Part shown: positions 46,167-55,083 of the stretch, one piece after another | Numbering within the stretch: the stretch's first letter is position 1 | Layout of the letters: each line of letters begins with the position of its first letter | DNA from: an uncultured Trueperaceae bacterium | Lineage (GTDB): Bacteria; Deinococcota; Deinococci; Deinococcales; Trueperaceae | Direction: 5' to 3' | DNA length: 64,000 bases | Assembly (NCBI GenBank): GCA_963727505.1 | Contig: CAVSGP010000004.1 | Span: 288,001-352,000, forward strand | Program-made: the position numbers and the translations under genes | The notes under the pieces: generated by a model | What the model saw: only the letters and a program-made list of their open reading frames with translations | The model's database searches: none | What the model was told of the DNA's origin: nothing

Positions 46167-47423
46167 TTGTCAGAGGTCGTTGACGCCCGCCAGAATCCGG
46201 TGACTCAGGAAGGCTCCGAGCAGCGCTCGGGGCGAGCCCGGGACGCCTTCGCGAAGGCCTTCGCGTTCAGTCGCGCCGAACAGGCCGAGTCGGCGGGCCT
46301 GCACCCCTACTTCAAACCCATCGCCGCCCAGCACGGCGGAACCGTCCGCGCGAACGGACGGGAGATGGTCATCACCGGTTCGAACGACTACCTGGGCCTG
46401 ACCCAGGACGAGCGCCTCAAGAACGCGGCCCGCGACGCGCTGGACGACTTCGGCACGAGCTGCACCGGCTCGCGCTTCCTGACCGGCACGCTGACGCTCC
46501 ACGAGACGCTCGAGCAGCGTCTCGCGAGCTTCCTCAACAAGGAGGCGGCTCTCACGTTCAGCGCCGGTTATCTCGGTTGCCTCTCGGTTGTGAGCGCCCT
46601 CGCCGGTCGGCACGACATCCTGTACTACGACCGCGAGAACCACGCCTCGCTCTACGACGCTGCTCGTCTGTCGTTCGCGACCTTGCGCAAGTACGATCAC
46701 AATGACCTCGATCACCTCGAGCGCCTTCTGGCTGCGGACGCCGACAAGCCGGGTGGGCGCATCATCGTGTCCGACGGCGTCTTCTCCATGAGCGGCCACA
46801 TCGTGGACCTGCCGGGCCTGGTCGAGGTCAAGCGCCGCTACGGCGCGCGCCTGATGATCGACGACGCCCACGCCAGCGGCGTTCTGGGCGACGGCGGCCG
46901 TGGCACCGGCGAGCACTTCGGCCTCGAGGACGAGGTCGACGTCATCATCGGCACCTTCTCGAAGTCGTTCGCGAGCGTCGGCGGGTTCATGGCCGGTGAT
47001 CACAAGGTGGTGCAGTTCGTCAAGCATCACGCGCGCCCCTTCATCTTCACCGCCGCCCTGCCCGCCATGCAGATGGCGGCCGCGCTTGCCGCGCTCGACA
47101 TCATGGAGACCGAACCCGAGCATCGCCGGCGCCTGTGGAGCAACGTCCAGCGCTTCCGCACCGGGATGCAAGAGCTCGGCTTCGATACGCTCGGCTCCGA
47201 GACCCCGATCGTGCCTGTGCTGGTAGGCGAGGATGACCGAGCGCTGGCCTTCTGGAAGGGCCTGTGGGACGCGGGTGTGTTCACGACCCCGGCGCTGCCG
47301 CCCGGTGTTCCCCCCGGGCACTCGATCATCCGGACCAGCGTCAACGCGAACCACACGGACGACGAGCTCGACCGCCTTCTCACCGCGTTCGAAACGGTGG
47401 GCAAGGGGCTTGGTGTAATCTGA
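46167..47423 (+). CDS. spt: Alpha-oxoamine synthase, serine palmitoyltransferase-like
   Basis: PYFKPI, GSNDYLGLT, GTSCTGSRFLTGT, NHAS, DGVFSM, DDAH, PLP-lysine motif GTFSKS, RPFIFTAALP; TTG start after GGAGG. Confidence 0.8.
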   Translation: MSEVVDARQNPVTQEGSEQRSGRARDAFAKAFAFSRAEQAESAGLHPYFKPIAAQHGGTVRANGREMVITGSNDYLGLTQDERLKNAARDALDDFGTSCTGSRFLTGTLTLHETLEQRLASFLNKEAALTFSAGYLGCLSVVSALAGRHDILYYDRENHASLYDAARLSFATLRKYDHNDLDHLERLLAADADKPGGRIIVSDGVFSMSGHIVDLPGLVEVKRRYGARLMIDDAHASGVLGDGGRGTGEHFGLEDEVDVIIGTFSKSFASVGGFMAGDHKVVQFVKHHARPFIFTAALPAMQMAAALAALDIMETEPEHRRRLWSNVQRFRTGMQELGFDTLGSETPIVPVLVGEDDRALAFWKGLWDAGVFTTPALPPGVPPGHSIIRTSVNANHTDDELDRLLTAFETVGKGLGVI

Positions 47424-47447
47424 CAACCGAATAAGGGGTGATCAGCC

Positions 47448-48557
47448 ATGGTCGAGATCAAGAAGGTCGCGACGAAGCGCGACCTCGGTCGTTTCATTGA
47501 TTACGTCTACGACAAATACCGGGGTGATCCGACCTTCGTGCCCCCGCTGCGCATGGGGGAGTTCGACAAGCTGAACCCGAAGAAGAACCCCTTCTTCGAG
47601 CACGGCCGGATCACCCCCTACCTCGCCGAACGCGACGGACGCATCGTCGGCCGCATCGCCTGCATCGACAACGACGCCCACAACGAGCAGTTCGGAGACA
47701 ACCTGGTGTTCTTCGGGTTTTTCGAGGCCGAGGACGCCGAGATCGCCGCGGCGCTGTACGAAGCCGTCGAGAAGGAGGCGCGGGCGCTGGGCAGGGACAC
47801 CGTTCGCGGTCCCGCCAACCCCACCATGGACGACGGCGCCGGCTTCCAGATCGATGCCTTCGAGACCAGGCCGTTCATCATGATGCCGCAGAATCCGCCG
47901 GACTATCTGGGCTTCGCCGAGGCTTCCGGTTACAGCAAGATCAAGGACCTCTACGCTTGGAAGATCGACATCCGCCACGGCGCCACCGAACGCCTGGAGC
48001 GCATGGCCGATCGCGTACGCAAGCGCTACGACGTCACGGTGCGACCCGCCGACATGAAGCAGTTCAAGCGCGAGGTCGGCCTGCTCAAGCACCTCTACAC
48101 CGTCGCCTGGGAGGAGAACTGGGGGCAGGTGCGCGGCACCGACGCGGAGTTCGACTATCTTGCCAACGACCTCAAGATGATCATGGAGCCGGAGCTGGCG
48201 CTCTTCCTCGAGTACAAGGGGGAGACGGTGGGGCTCTCGATCACCATCCCGGACCTCAACCAGGTGCTGGCGAAGTTCAACGGCCGGCTCTTCCCCTTCG
48301 GGATCTTCCACCTGCTCAACCGCAAGAAGATCATCGACCAGGGACGGCTCGCCATCCTCGGGGTGTTGCCGGAGTATCGCCGGAAGGGTTTCGAGCTGCT
48401 CATGATCGCCGAGACCGCGCGGCGCGGTCGCGCCATCGGCTACACCGGCGGCGAGTGCAGCTGGGTGCTCGAGGACAATGACGCCATGAACCGTGGGATC
48501 GAGGCGGCGGGCAGCGAGCTCTACAAGACCTACCGTATGTACCAGAAGGCGCTGTGA
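47448..48557 (+). CDS. Double-GNAT N-acyltransferase resembling bacterial ceramide synthase (bCerS)
   Basis: FVPPL..KKNPFFEH, VGRIA, FGFFE, RGPANP, MMPQNPPDY, AWEENWG, IPDLN, GRLFPFG, LGVLPEYRRKG, SWVLEDN. Confidence 0.75.
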   Translation: MVEIKKVATKRDLGRFIDYVYDKYRGDPTFVPPLRMGEFDKLNPKKNPFFEHGRITPYLAERDGRIVGRIACIDNDAHNEQFGDNLVFFGFFEAEDAEIAAALYEAVEKEARALGRDTVRGPANPTMDDGAGFQIDAFETRPFIMMPQNPPDYLGFAEASGYSKIKDLYAWKIDIRHGATERLERMADRVRKRYDVTVRPADMKQFKREVGLLKHLYTVAWEENWGQVRGTDAEFDYLANDLKMIMEPELALFLEYKGETVGLSITIPDLNQVLAKFNGRLFPFGIFHLLNRKKIIDQGRLAILGVLPEYRRKGFELLMIAETARRGRAIGYTGGECSWVLEDNDAMNRGIEAAGSELYKTYRMYQKAL

Positions 48558-49288
48558 GCCCGCTGCGTTCGGTCGGCGTGGTGTTCGCCGACCTGGCGCA
48601 GCTGTTCGACCGGAAGCACGCCCGGCTGTGGTTCCTGCTCACTGCGGCGGTGCTTCTGCAGGTGGGATTCTGGTACATCGCCAGCCCCGGCCCCGCGCTC
48701 ATGCAGTTCCAGCCGCGCACGCTGACGACAGGCATCACCACGGTGGCGTGGTCCCTGGTGTTCCTGCTGGCCCTGCCCGCACTGTTGCTGGCGGTCGTGG
48801 GCGTCGATCTCAGGCACGTCGGGCTTCGCCTCGGCGACGCCCGGTTCGGCCTCTCCGTGGCGCTGGGCGGCGCCGTGATCGTCGTGCCGCTGATGTACCT
48901 GGCCAGTTTCGACAAGGGGCTCCAGGCGACCTACCCCTGGGCGGGCGCCTGGGTCGGGCGCAGCCTCGGCACCATCTTGCTTTGGGCCCTCATCTACGGC
49001 CTGTACTACGTCGCGTTCGAGTTCTTCTACCGAGGCTTCCTGCAGCGCATCGTCGCCGACGCCTGGGGCGCCCCGCAGGGCATCTGGGTGCAGACGTTGG
49101 CGGCCACCCTCATCCACCTAGGGAAGCCCATGACCGAGCTGCTGGCCGCGCTGCCCGCCAGCCTGCTCTTCGGAGCGCTGGCGCTGCGCAGCCGGTCGGT
49201 GCTCTACTCCACCATCATCCATCTGGTCATCGGCCTGTCCACCGATCTGTTCGTGCTCTACCACCAGGGCCTGCTGTTCCACCGCTGA
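48554..49288 (+). CDS. CPBP (CAAX protease-like) intramembrane protein
   Basis: Multiple TM helices, EFFYRG, IHLGKP..E, C-terminal His; GTGA overlap. Confidence 0.85.
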   Translation: MSPLRSVGVVFADLAQLFDRKHARLWFLLTAAVLLQVGFWYIASPGPALMQFQPRTLTTGITTVAWSLVFLLALPALLLAVVGVDLRHVGLRLGDARFGLSVALGGAVIVVPLMYLASFDKGLQATYPWAGAWVGRSLGTILLWALIYGLYYVAFEFFYRGFLQRIVADAWGAPQGIWVQTLAATLIHLGKPMTELLAALPASLLFGALALRSRSVLYSTIIHLVIGLSTDLFVLYHQGLLFHR

Positions 49289-49363
49289 CGCCATGGCCCG
49301 CCGCGACGCCCGAAATGACCGAGCGAGACCCCTTCCTGGTAGGCTTGGATGGCGACGGCTGTC

Positions 49364-50350
49364 ATGAAAGTCCTGGTTACCGGTGCCCATGGCTTCCTCG
49401 GGAGCCACATCAGCGAACACCTGCTGGCCGCAGGCCACCAGGTGCGGGCCCTCGTCTCCCCCTGGGGGACCATCGGGAACCTGTCCGCGGTGCTCGATCG
49501 GCAGAGCTTGGAGATCCGGCGCGCCGACCTCAGCCGCGAGGGCGCCCTGGGCGGCGCCTGCGACGGCGTCGATGCCGTGGTGCACGCCGCCGCCCGCGTC
49601 GCCGACTGGGGACCTTGGGACGCCTTCTACCGCACCAACGTGATGGGCACGCAACAGCTCCTGCAGGAGGCCACCCGTGCGGGCGCAGCTCGTTTCGTGC
49701 TCATCTCCAGCGTCGCCGTCCACCGCTACAGCGGCTTCCGCAACGCCGACCCGCGTGAGGTCCCCCGCGACAACCTGCGCGAGGCCTACGCGCACTCCAA
49801 GATCATGGCCGAGGACCTGGTCCGGCAGGCCGAGGGGATCGAGGGCGTGATCGTGCGCCCCGGGCTGTGGCCCTTCGGCCCGCGGGATCCCAACTTCCGC
49901 CGCGTGGCACGCGCGCTCGAGCAGGGCGTTCTCCCCATGGTGGGGAGCGGCGACAGCGTCATCAACACGGCCTACGCCGAGAACCTCGCCCTCGGGATAC
50001 GCCTGGCGTTGGAGCGCGCGGAGGCGGCCCACCGCTCGTACGTGATCGCCGACGACGGCATGCCGAGCTGGCGGGAGCTGCTCGCCGAGCTGGCGCGCCT
50101 CCTGGGCGAGCGTCCGCCCCGGTTGCGCCTGCCCGGGACCCCCACCAAGGCGCTCGCCCGCGGCGTGGAAGCGACCTGGGGAGCCCTCTTCCCGCGCAAC
50201 GAGCCCCCCATGACACGCTACCGTGCTGGATTGATGACCCGCGACGTGCACTTCAGCATCCGGCACGCCGTGGAGGAGCTGGGCTACCACCCGGTGGTGT
50301 CCTGGCGCGAGGGGCTGCGCCGCTCGGTAGGTGCCCTCGCCCCCGTCTAG
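49364..50350 (+). CDS. Extended SDR, NAD-dependent epimerase/dehydrogenase (candidate 3-oxo-lipid reductase)
   Basis: TGAHGFLG, VHAAA, NVMGT, ISS, YAHSK, GPRD. Confidence 0.85.
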   Translation: MKVLVTGAHGFLGSHISEHLLAAGHQVRALVSPWGTIGNLSAVLDRQSLEIRRADLSREGALGGACDGVDAVVHAAARVADWGPWDAFYRTNVMGTQQLLQEATRAGAARFVLISSVAVHRYSGFRNADPREVPRDNLREAYAHSKIMAEDLVRQAEGIEGVIVRPGLWPFGPRDPNFRRVARALEQGVLPMVGSGDSVINTAYAENLALGIRLALERAEAAHRSYVIADDGMPSWRELLAELARLLGERPPRLRLPGTPTKALARGVEATWGALFPRNEPPMTRYRAGLMTRDVHFSIRHAVEELGYHPVVSWREGLRRSVGALAPV

Positions 50351-50416
50351 GGCCGGTTCGACGTGCCGCCGCCCCTCCAACCGGGAGCTCTGGCGGCGGT
50401 GGTATGGTGGCGCGAC

Positions 50417-51517
50417 ATGAGCGAGGGATTCGACTTCCTCATCGTGGGCGCAGGCTTCTCGGGAGCTGTCCTCGCCGAACGGATCGCCAGCCAGCGCGGC
50501 GGTAGCGTGCTGGTCGTGGACCGCCGCGATCACATCGGGGGCAACGCCTACGACGAGTACGACGACAACGGCGTGCTGGTCCACCGCTACGGGCCGCACA
50601 TCTTCCACACCAACGCCAAGAGCGTGTTCGATTACCTGTCACAGTTCACGGGCTGGCGTCCCTACCAGCACCGCGTGAGGGCCCTGGTCGATGGCCGCCT
50701 GGTGCCGATCCCGATCAATCTCGATACCATCAACACCCTGTACAACCTCGACCTGTCGAGTTCCGAGCTGGAGGCGTTCTTCTCGGCGCGCGCCGAGAAG
50801 CGCGAGCGCATCGAGACGTCCGAAGACGTGGTGGTGGCGCGCGTCGGGCGGGAGCTGTTCGAGAAGTTCTTCCGCGGCTACACCAAGAAGCAGTGGGGGC
50901 TCGAGCCCAAGGAGCTCGACGCCACCGTGACCGCGCGCGTGCCGGTGCGCACCAACCGCGACGACCGCTACTTCACCGACGTCTACCAGGCGATGCCCCT
51001 CCACGGCTACACGGCGATGTTCCGCCGCATGCTGCGCCATCCCAACATCAAGGTGATGCTCAACACCGACTACCGCGAGGTGGCCGATCTGGTACCCCAC
51101 AAGCACCTGATCTACACCGGTCCCATCGACGGCTACTTCGAGCACAGCCTGGGCCCGCTACCCTACCGTTCGCTGGAGTTCGAGTTCGTCACCCACGACG
51201 AGGAGCAGGTGCAGGAGACCGGCACCACCAACTACCCGAACGACTACGCCTACACCCGGCGCACCGAGATGAAGCACCTGACCGGCCAGCGGCACGCCAA
51301 GTCGGTGCTCGTGTACGAGCACCCACGCGCCGAGGGCGATCCCTACTACCCGGTGCCCAGGCCCGAGAACCGGGCGCTCTACGAGGAGTACAGCACCATG
51401 GCCGCCGAGCTCGCGCACGTCACGTTCGCCGGCCGTCTCGGTACCTACCGGTACTACAACATGGATCAGGTCGTGGCACAGGCGCTCAAGACCTTCGAGA
51501 CGCTGCCGGACGTGTGA
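50417..51517 (+). CDS. glf: UDP-galactopyranose mutase
   Basis: GAGFSG, HIGGNAYD, YGPHIFHTN, YTKKQWG, PYYP, GRLGTYRYYNMDQ. Confidence 0.96.
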   Translation: MSEGFDFLIVGAGFSGAVLAERIASQRGGSVLVVDRRDHIGGNAYDEYDDNGVLVHRYGPHIFHTNAKSVFDYLSQFTGWRPYQHRVRALVDGRLVPIPINLDTINTLYNLDLSSSELEAFFSARAEKRERIETSEDVVVARVGRELFEKFFRGYTKKQWGLEPKELDATVTARVPVRTNRDDRYFTDVYQAMPLHGYTAMFRRMLRHPNIKVMLNTDYREVADLVPHKHLIYTGPIDGYFEHSLGPLPYRSLEFEFVTHDEEQVQETGTTNYPNDYAYTRRTEMKHLTGQRHAKSVLVYEHPRAEGDPYYPVPRPENRALYEEYSTMAAELAHVTFAGRLGTYRYYNMDQVVAQALKTFETLPDV

Positions 51518-51542
51518 CGTCCGGGACACCGGGGTCAAGCTC

Positions 51543-52721
51543 ATGACGTCACCGAGCGGCACGCGCCCGCGCATCCTCATCGCCATGATCGAGGCCGGGG
51601 GCGGACACCGGGCGCCCGCCCTGGCGTTGCAGGCCGCCCTGGAGCGGGTCCGGCCCGGACGCTTCGACGTCGACGTCTTCGACATCATGCGCCACGTCGG
51701 CGAGGTGGCGCTGGACCGTCGCCACAAGCAGAGCTGGAAGTGGATGCTCGCCCACCCGCGGGTCACCTTCGTGCTGCAGAACGCCATCGATCGCGTCGTA
51801 CCCGTGGCCTGGACCCAGGCCGTGCAGGCTCGGACGCTAGCCGGCTTCCGCCGACGTCTCTCCTCCTTCGTGCGCGAGCAGGGCTACGATCTGGTCGTGG
51901 CCGTGCACTTCATGCCGCTGCAGGCGGCCGCGATGGCCCGCCGTCGGGGCGAGCTGGGCGCCCGGGTGGTGGGCGTCGATACCGACCCCTTCGACGGCCA
52001 CGCCCTCTGGGCGGTCCGGGACGCCGACGAGATCGTGGTGGCGAGCGAGCAGGCGAGGGCGCTGCTGAGCGCCAAGGGCGTGCCCGCTGAGCGGGTGAAG
52101 GTCTTCGGCTACCCGCTCAACCTCGCCTTCGTGGAAACCGTTCCCGACGCCGAAACCGCGCGCCGTCAGCTCGGCCTCGACGCCGCCCGCCTCACCGTGC
52201 TCCACACTCCGGGAGGCGAAGGCATCGGCGGTGATGTCGAAGGCATCGTCAAGGCGGTGCTGGCAGCCGATCTCGACCTGCAGTATGTGGTCATCGCCGG
52301 GCGCAACGAGCAACTCCGCGCGCGGCTGCAGGACCTGGCGGACGCCCACGCCGCTCGGGGAGGCCGGACCCGCCTCAAGGTCGAGGGGTTCACCACCAAC
52401 ATGCCGGAGTGGATCGCGGCCAGCGATCTGGTGCTCGGCAAGGCCGGGGCGGCATCGACCTTCGAGGCGCTGGCGCTGGGCAGGCCCATCTTCCACACCA
52501 GCTACGTGGCGCCCAACGAGAAGCGCAACCTCGAGTACTGCCGGCAGCACGAGATCGGCGGCTACGTGCCCAGGCCCCGAGACGTCGTCGGGCTGCTGGC
52601 GCCCCTCTGCCAGGATCCGGCGCCCCTGCACACCTGGCAAGAGCGCGTCCGAGCTCTGGGCCTCCAGCCGGGAACACTCGACATCGCTGAGCATCTGGCG
52701 GCGCTGGCGGAGGCCCCTTGA
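51543..52721 (+). CDS. MGDG synthase-like glycosyltransferase (GT28/UgtP-like)
   Basis: AGGGHRAPA, VHF, TD, GGEGIG, IAGRNE, GFTTNMPEW, GKAG, NEKRN. Confidence 0.85.
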   Translation: MTSPSGTRPRILIAMIEAGGGHRAPALALQAALERVRPGRFDVDVFDIMRHVGEVALDRRHKQSWKWMLAHPRVTFVLQNAIDRVVPVAWTQAVQARTLAGFRRRLSSFVREQGYDLVVAVHFMPLQAAAMARRRGELGARVVGVDTDPFDGHALWAVRDADEIVVASEQARALLSAKGVPAERVKVFGYPLNLAFVETVPDAETARRQLGLDAARLTVLHTPGGEGIGGDVEGIVKAVLAADLDLQYVVIAGRNEQLRARLQDLADAHAARGGRTRLKVEGFTTNMPEWIAASDLVLGKAGAASTFEALALGRPIFHTSYVAPNEKRNLEYCRQHEIGGYVPRPRDVVGLLAPLCQDPAPLHTWQERVRALGLQPGTLDIAEHLAALAEAP

Positions 52722-53713
52722 ACAGGATGGTCCTGCGCTCGCTGATCGTCTCCATGGTGCTCAGCGCGTTGGGGCTCGCCTGGGTCGTGTTCCGGGTAGG
52801 CACGCTCCAGGACCTCGCCAGCATCCGCCAACTACGATGGACCTACGGTGTCTGCGCCGTGCTCGGCCTGCTCGGCGCCTTCGTGATGGCGGCGTTCCGG
52901 TTGCGCTTCATGTGCCGCCGCCTGGGCCACACGGTGAAGCTCCGCCATGCCCTGAGAGCGCACATCTTAGGCATGTTCAGCGCCACCGTCACGCCGGGCG
53001 GAAGCGGCGCCACTCCAGCCCTGGCCCTGTCGCTGCAGAGCCAGGGTCTGCCGCCGGGGGTGGCGTGGGCGGTAGGCGTGTCCGTGTTCGGGGCCGACGC
53101 GCTGTTCCACGCCTGGGGGCTCCCCATCGCGCTCGGTCTGCTCTACGCCCTGCATCTCTACCCGCACGCGCCCGGTTGGCTGGCGCTCGGCGCGCTGACG
53201 GTGGCGCTGTCGGCGGGGGTGGCCTACCTGGTGCAGTTCCGGCTCGAGTGGTTGGAGCCGATCGCGCGCTGGGCTCTCCGCGGGCCGCTGGTCCGCTTCC
53301 GCCGTCGCGGATTGCGCTTCGTCGAAACCATGCTCGAGTCCAACCGACTGTTCAAGCGCGCACCGGCGCGCTTCCACCTGATTCTGCAGGCCCTCACGAC
53401 TCTCTCATGGATCTCGTTCTTCTCGGTCCTGTTCTTCGTGGCGCGCGGCCTCGGGCTGCTGGTCTCCCTCGCCTCCATCGAAGCCGCACAGATGGTGGTG
53501 ACGGTGATGTCCACCTTCGTGCCCACACCGGGCGGGAGCGGCTTCCTGGAGCTCGGCATCTCCTACGTGCTGGTCTCGTCCGGAGGCAGTGCGTCGGCAT
53601 CGGTCCCTGCGGCGGTGCTGCTGTGGCGGCTCGTGACCTACTACTCGATCTTCCTACTCGGCCCCCTACTGGGCGGGTACCTGCTGACGCAGCGGATGGC
53701 CCCCGATGCCTGA
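52718..53713 (+). CDS. Lysylphosphatidylglycerol synthase TM-domain (flippase-like, YbhN/AglD2-type) membrane protein
   Basis: Many TM helices, VTPGGSG, PTPGGSGFLE, WRLVTYY. Confidence 0.85.
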   Translation: MNRMVLRSLIVSMVLSALGLAWVVFRVGTLQDLASIRQLRWTYGVCAVLGLLGAFVMAAFRLRFMCRRLGHTVKLRHALRAHILGMFSATVTPGGSGATPALALSLQSQGLPPGVAWAVGVSVFGADALFHAWGLPIALGLLYALHLYPHAPGWLALGALTVALSAGVAYLVQFRLEWLEPIARWALRGPLVRFRRRGLRFVETMLESNRLFKRAPARFHLILQALTTLSWISFFSVLFFVARGLGLLVSLASIEAAQMVVTVMSTFVPTPGGSGFLELGISYVLVSSGGSASASVPAAVLLWRLVTYYSIFLLGPLLGGYLLTQRMAPDA

Positions 53714-53765
53714 GAAGCCGCCCGGCCGCACCCACGACCGGGTGCCCGGTGGTACGCTTCGCCGG

Positions 53766-55025
53766 ATGAGCGACTCGGAGACGGCGCTCCGCTTTGCACT
53801 CGCCACGCCGGACTACCCCCCCGATCCCATGGGAACCGGCATCGGAACCTACGCCAAGAGCCTCGCCGAAGGCCTGACGAGGCGTGGGCACCGGGTCCAC
53901 GTTGTAACGCGGGGGCCGGAGGGGGACGCCACGGTCGACGACGGCGGCGTGACGGTTCACCGTATCGGCGTGCAACGGCCGGACTTCCCGACCCACATCG
54001 CCCCGCTCGCCTTCGTAGGCCTCGCCGCGCGGAGCATCGCGAACGAGTTCCGCTACCGCTCGCGCGTCGCGGCCACGCTCGACATGCTGGTGCGGCGCGA
54101 AGGCGTGCAACTCGTGGAGGCCGCGGACTCCTTCGTAGAGGCGCTCTTCTACCGAGCCGCCCGCCACCCGAAGGTGCCCTTCGTGATCCGGCTCCACACC
54201 CCGATGTCGGTGGCAGAACGCTTCGATCGGAACTTGCCCGAGCCGGCCCGCCGCTTGCTTCAGAGTATCGAGCGCGTCCATCTGCGTAGGGCGACACATC
54301 TGAGCGTGCCGAGCGCCACTCCCCGCCGCACCTTCCGGGAGGCCATGCGCCTCGGCGGTCGTCCCATCGAGGCCATCCCCAACCCGCCGCCGGGAATGCC
54401 CGCTGTCACGGCTGCACGAACCAGCATCACGAACGCCGTAACGGACCCGGCCGCACCCGAGGTCCTTTACGTCGGGAGGATCACCGCCGTCAAGGGCGTA
54501 TTCGTGCTCGCCGATGCCATACCCAAAGTGCTCGAGAAGGTGCCAGGAGCGCACTTCCGCTTCGTGGGCGCAGACAGCCCTGCCTCCTCCGGATCGGGCA
54601 CCACGGTGGAGGCCCTCAGGGACCGCCTACCGCAGGCGGCCGCAGCGAAGGTCACCTTCGAGGGGCGCGTTCCGCTACAGCGCATCGGCGCCTACTTGCA
54701 GGGCGCGAGCGTTTGCGTCTTCCCCTCGTTGTTCGAGAACTTCCCCTATACCTGCCTAGAGGCGATGGCTGCCGGCAAAGCCGTCGTCGGCAGCGCGGCG
54801 GGCGGCATGCAGGACATGCTGGACGGCGGGGAGTGCGGCCTTCTTTACCATCCTCCGAACGTCGGCGAGCTCGCCGACGCCATCGTCCGGCTTCTCACCG
54901 ATCACGAGCTTCGCAGCCGCCTGGGCGCCGCTGCCCGTCGCCGCGCCGGCGATGCGTACGGCGAGGACCGGGTCTTCGACGCGACCGTCGGCTTCTACCG
55001 GCGCGCCATCGAGAGCCTCGCCTGA
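53766..55025 (+). CDS. Glycosyltransferase family 4
   Basis: DYPP..GIGTY, YVGRITAVKG, FPSLFENFPYTCLEAMAAG; ATG 7 nt after TACGCT. Confidence 0.92.
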   Translation: MSDSETALRFALATPDYPPDPMGTGIGTYAKSLAEGLTRRGHRVHVVTRGPEGDATVDDGGVTVHRIGVQRPDFPTHIAPLAFVGLAARSIANEFRYRSRVAATLDMLVRREGVQLVEAADSFVEALFYRAARHPKVPFVIRLHTPMSVAERFDRNLPEPARRLLQSIERVHLRRATHLSVPSATPRRTFREAMRLGGRPIEAIPNPPPGMPAVTAARTSITNAVTDPAAPEVLYVGRITAVKGVFVLADAIPKVLEKVPGAHFRFVGADSPASSGSGTTVEALRDRLPQAAAAKVTFEGRVPLQRIGAYLQGASVCVFPSLFENFPYTCLEAMAAGKAVVGSAAGGMQDMLDGGECGLLYHPPNVGELADAIVRLLTDHELRSRLGAAARRRAGDAYGEDRVFDATVGFYRRAIESLA

Positions 55026-55083
55026 TGTCGCACCGGCCGAACGTTCACGATTTCGTTCTGGAGCGCCCTGTACACTGGGGGTC

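Noticed and set aside
46167..47423. BioF or Kbl assignment
   Set aside because: GTFSKS and other SPT-like motifs, no bio or tdh genes nearby, and a bCerS-like neighbour. Not formally excluded without a phylogeny.
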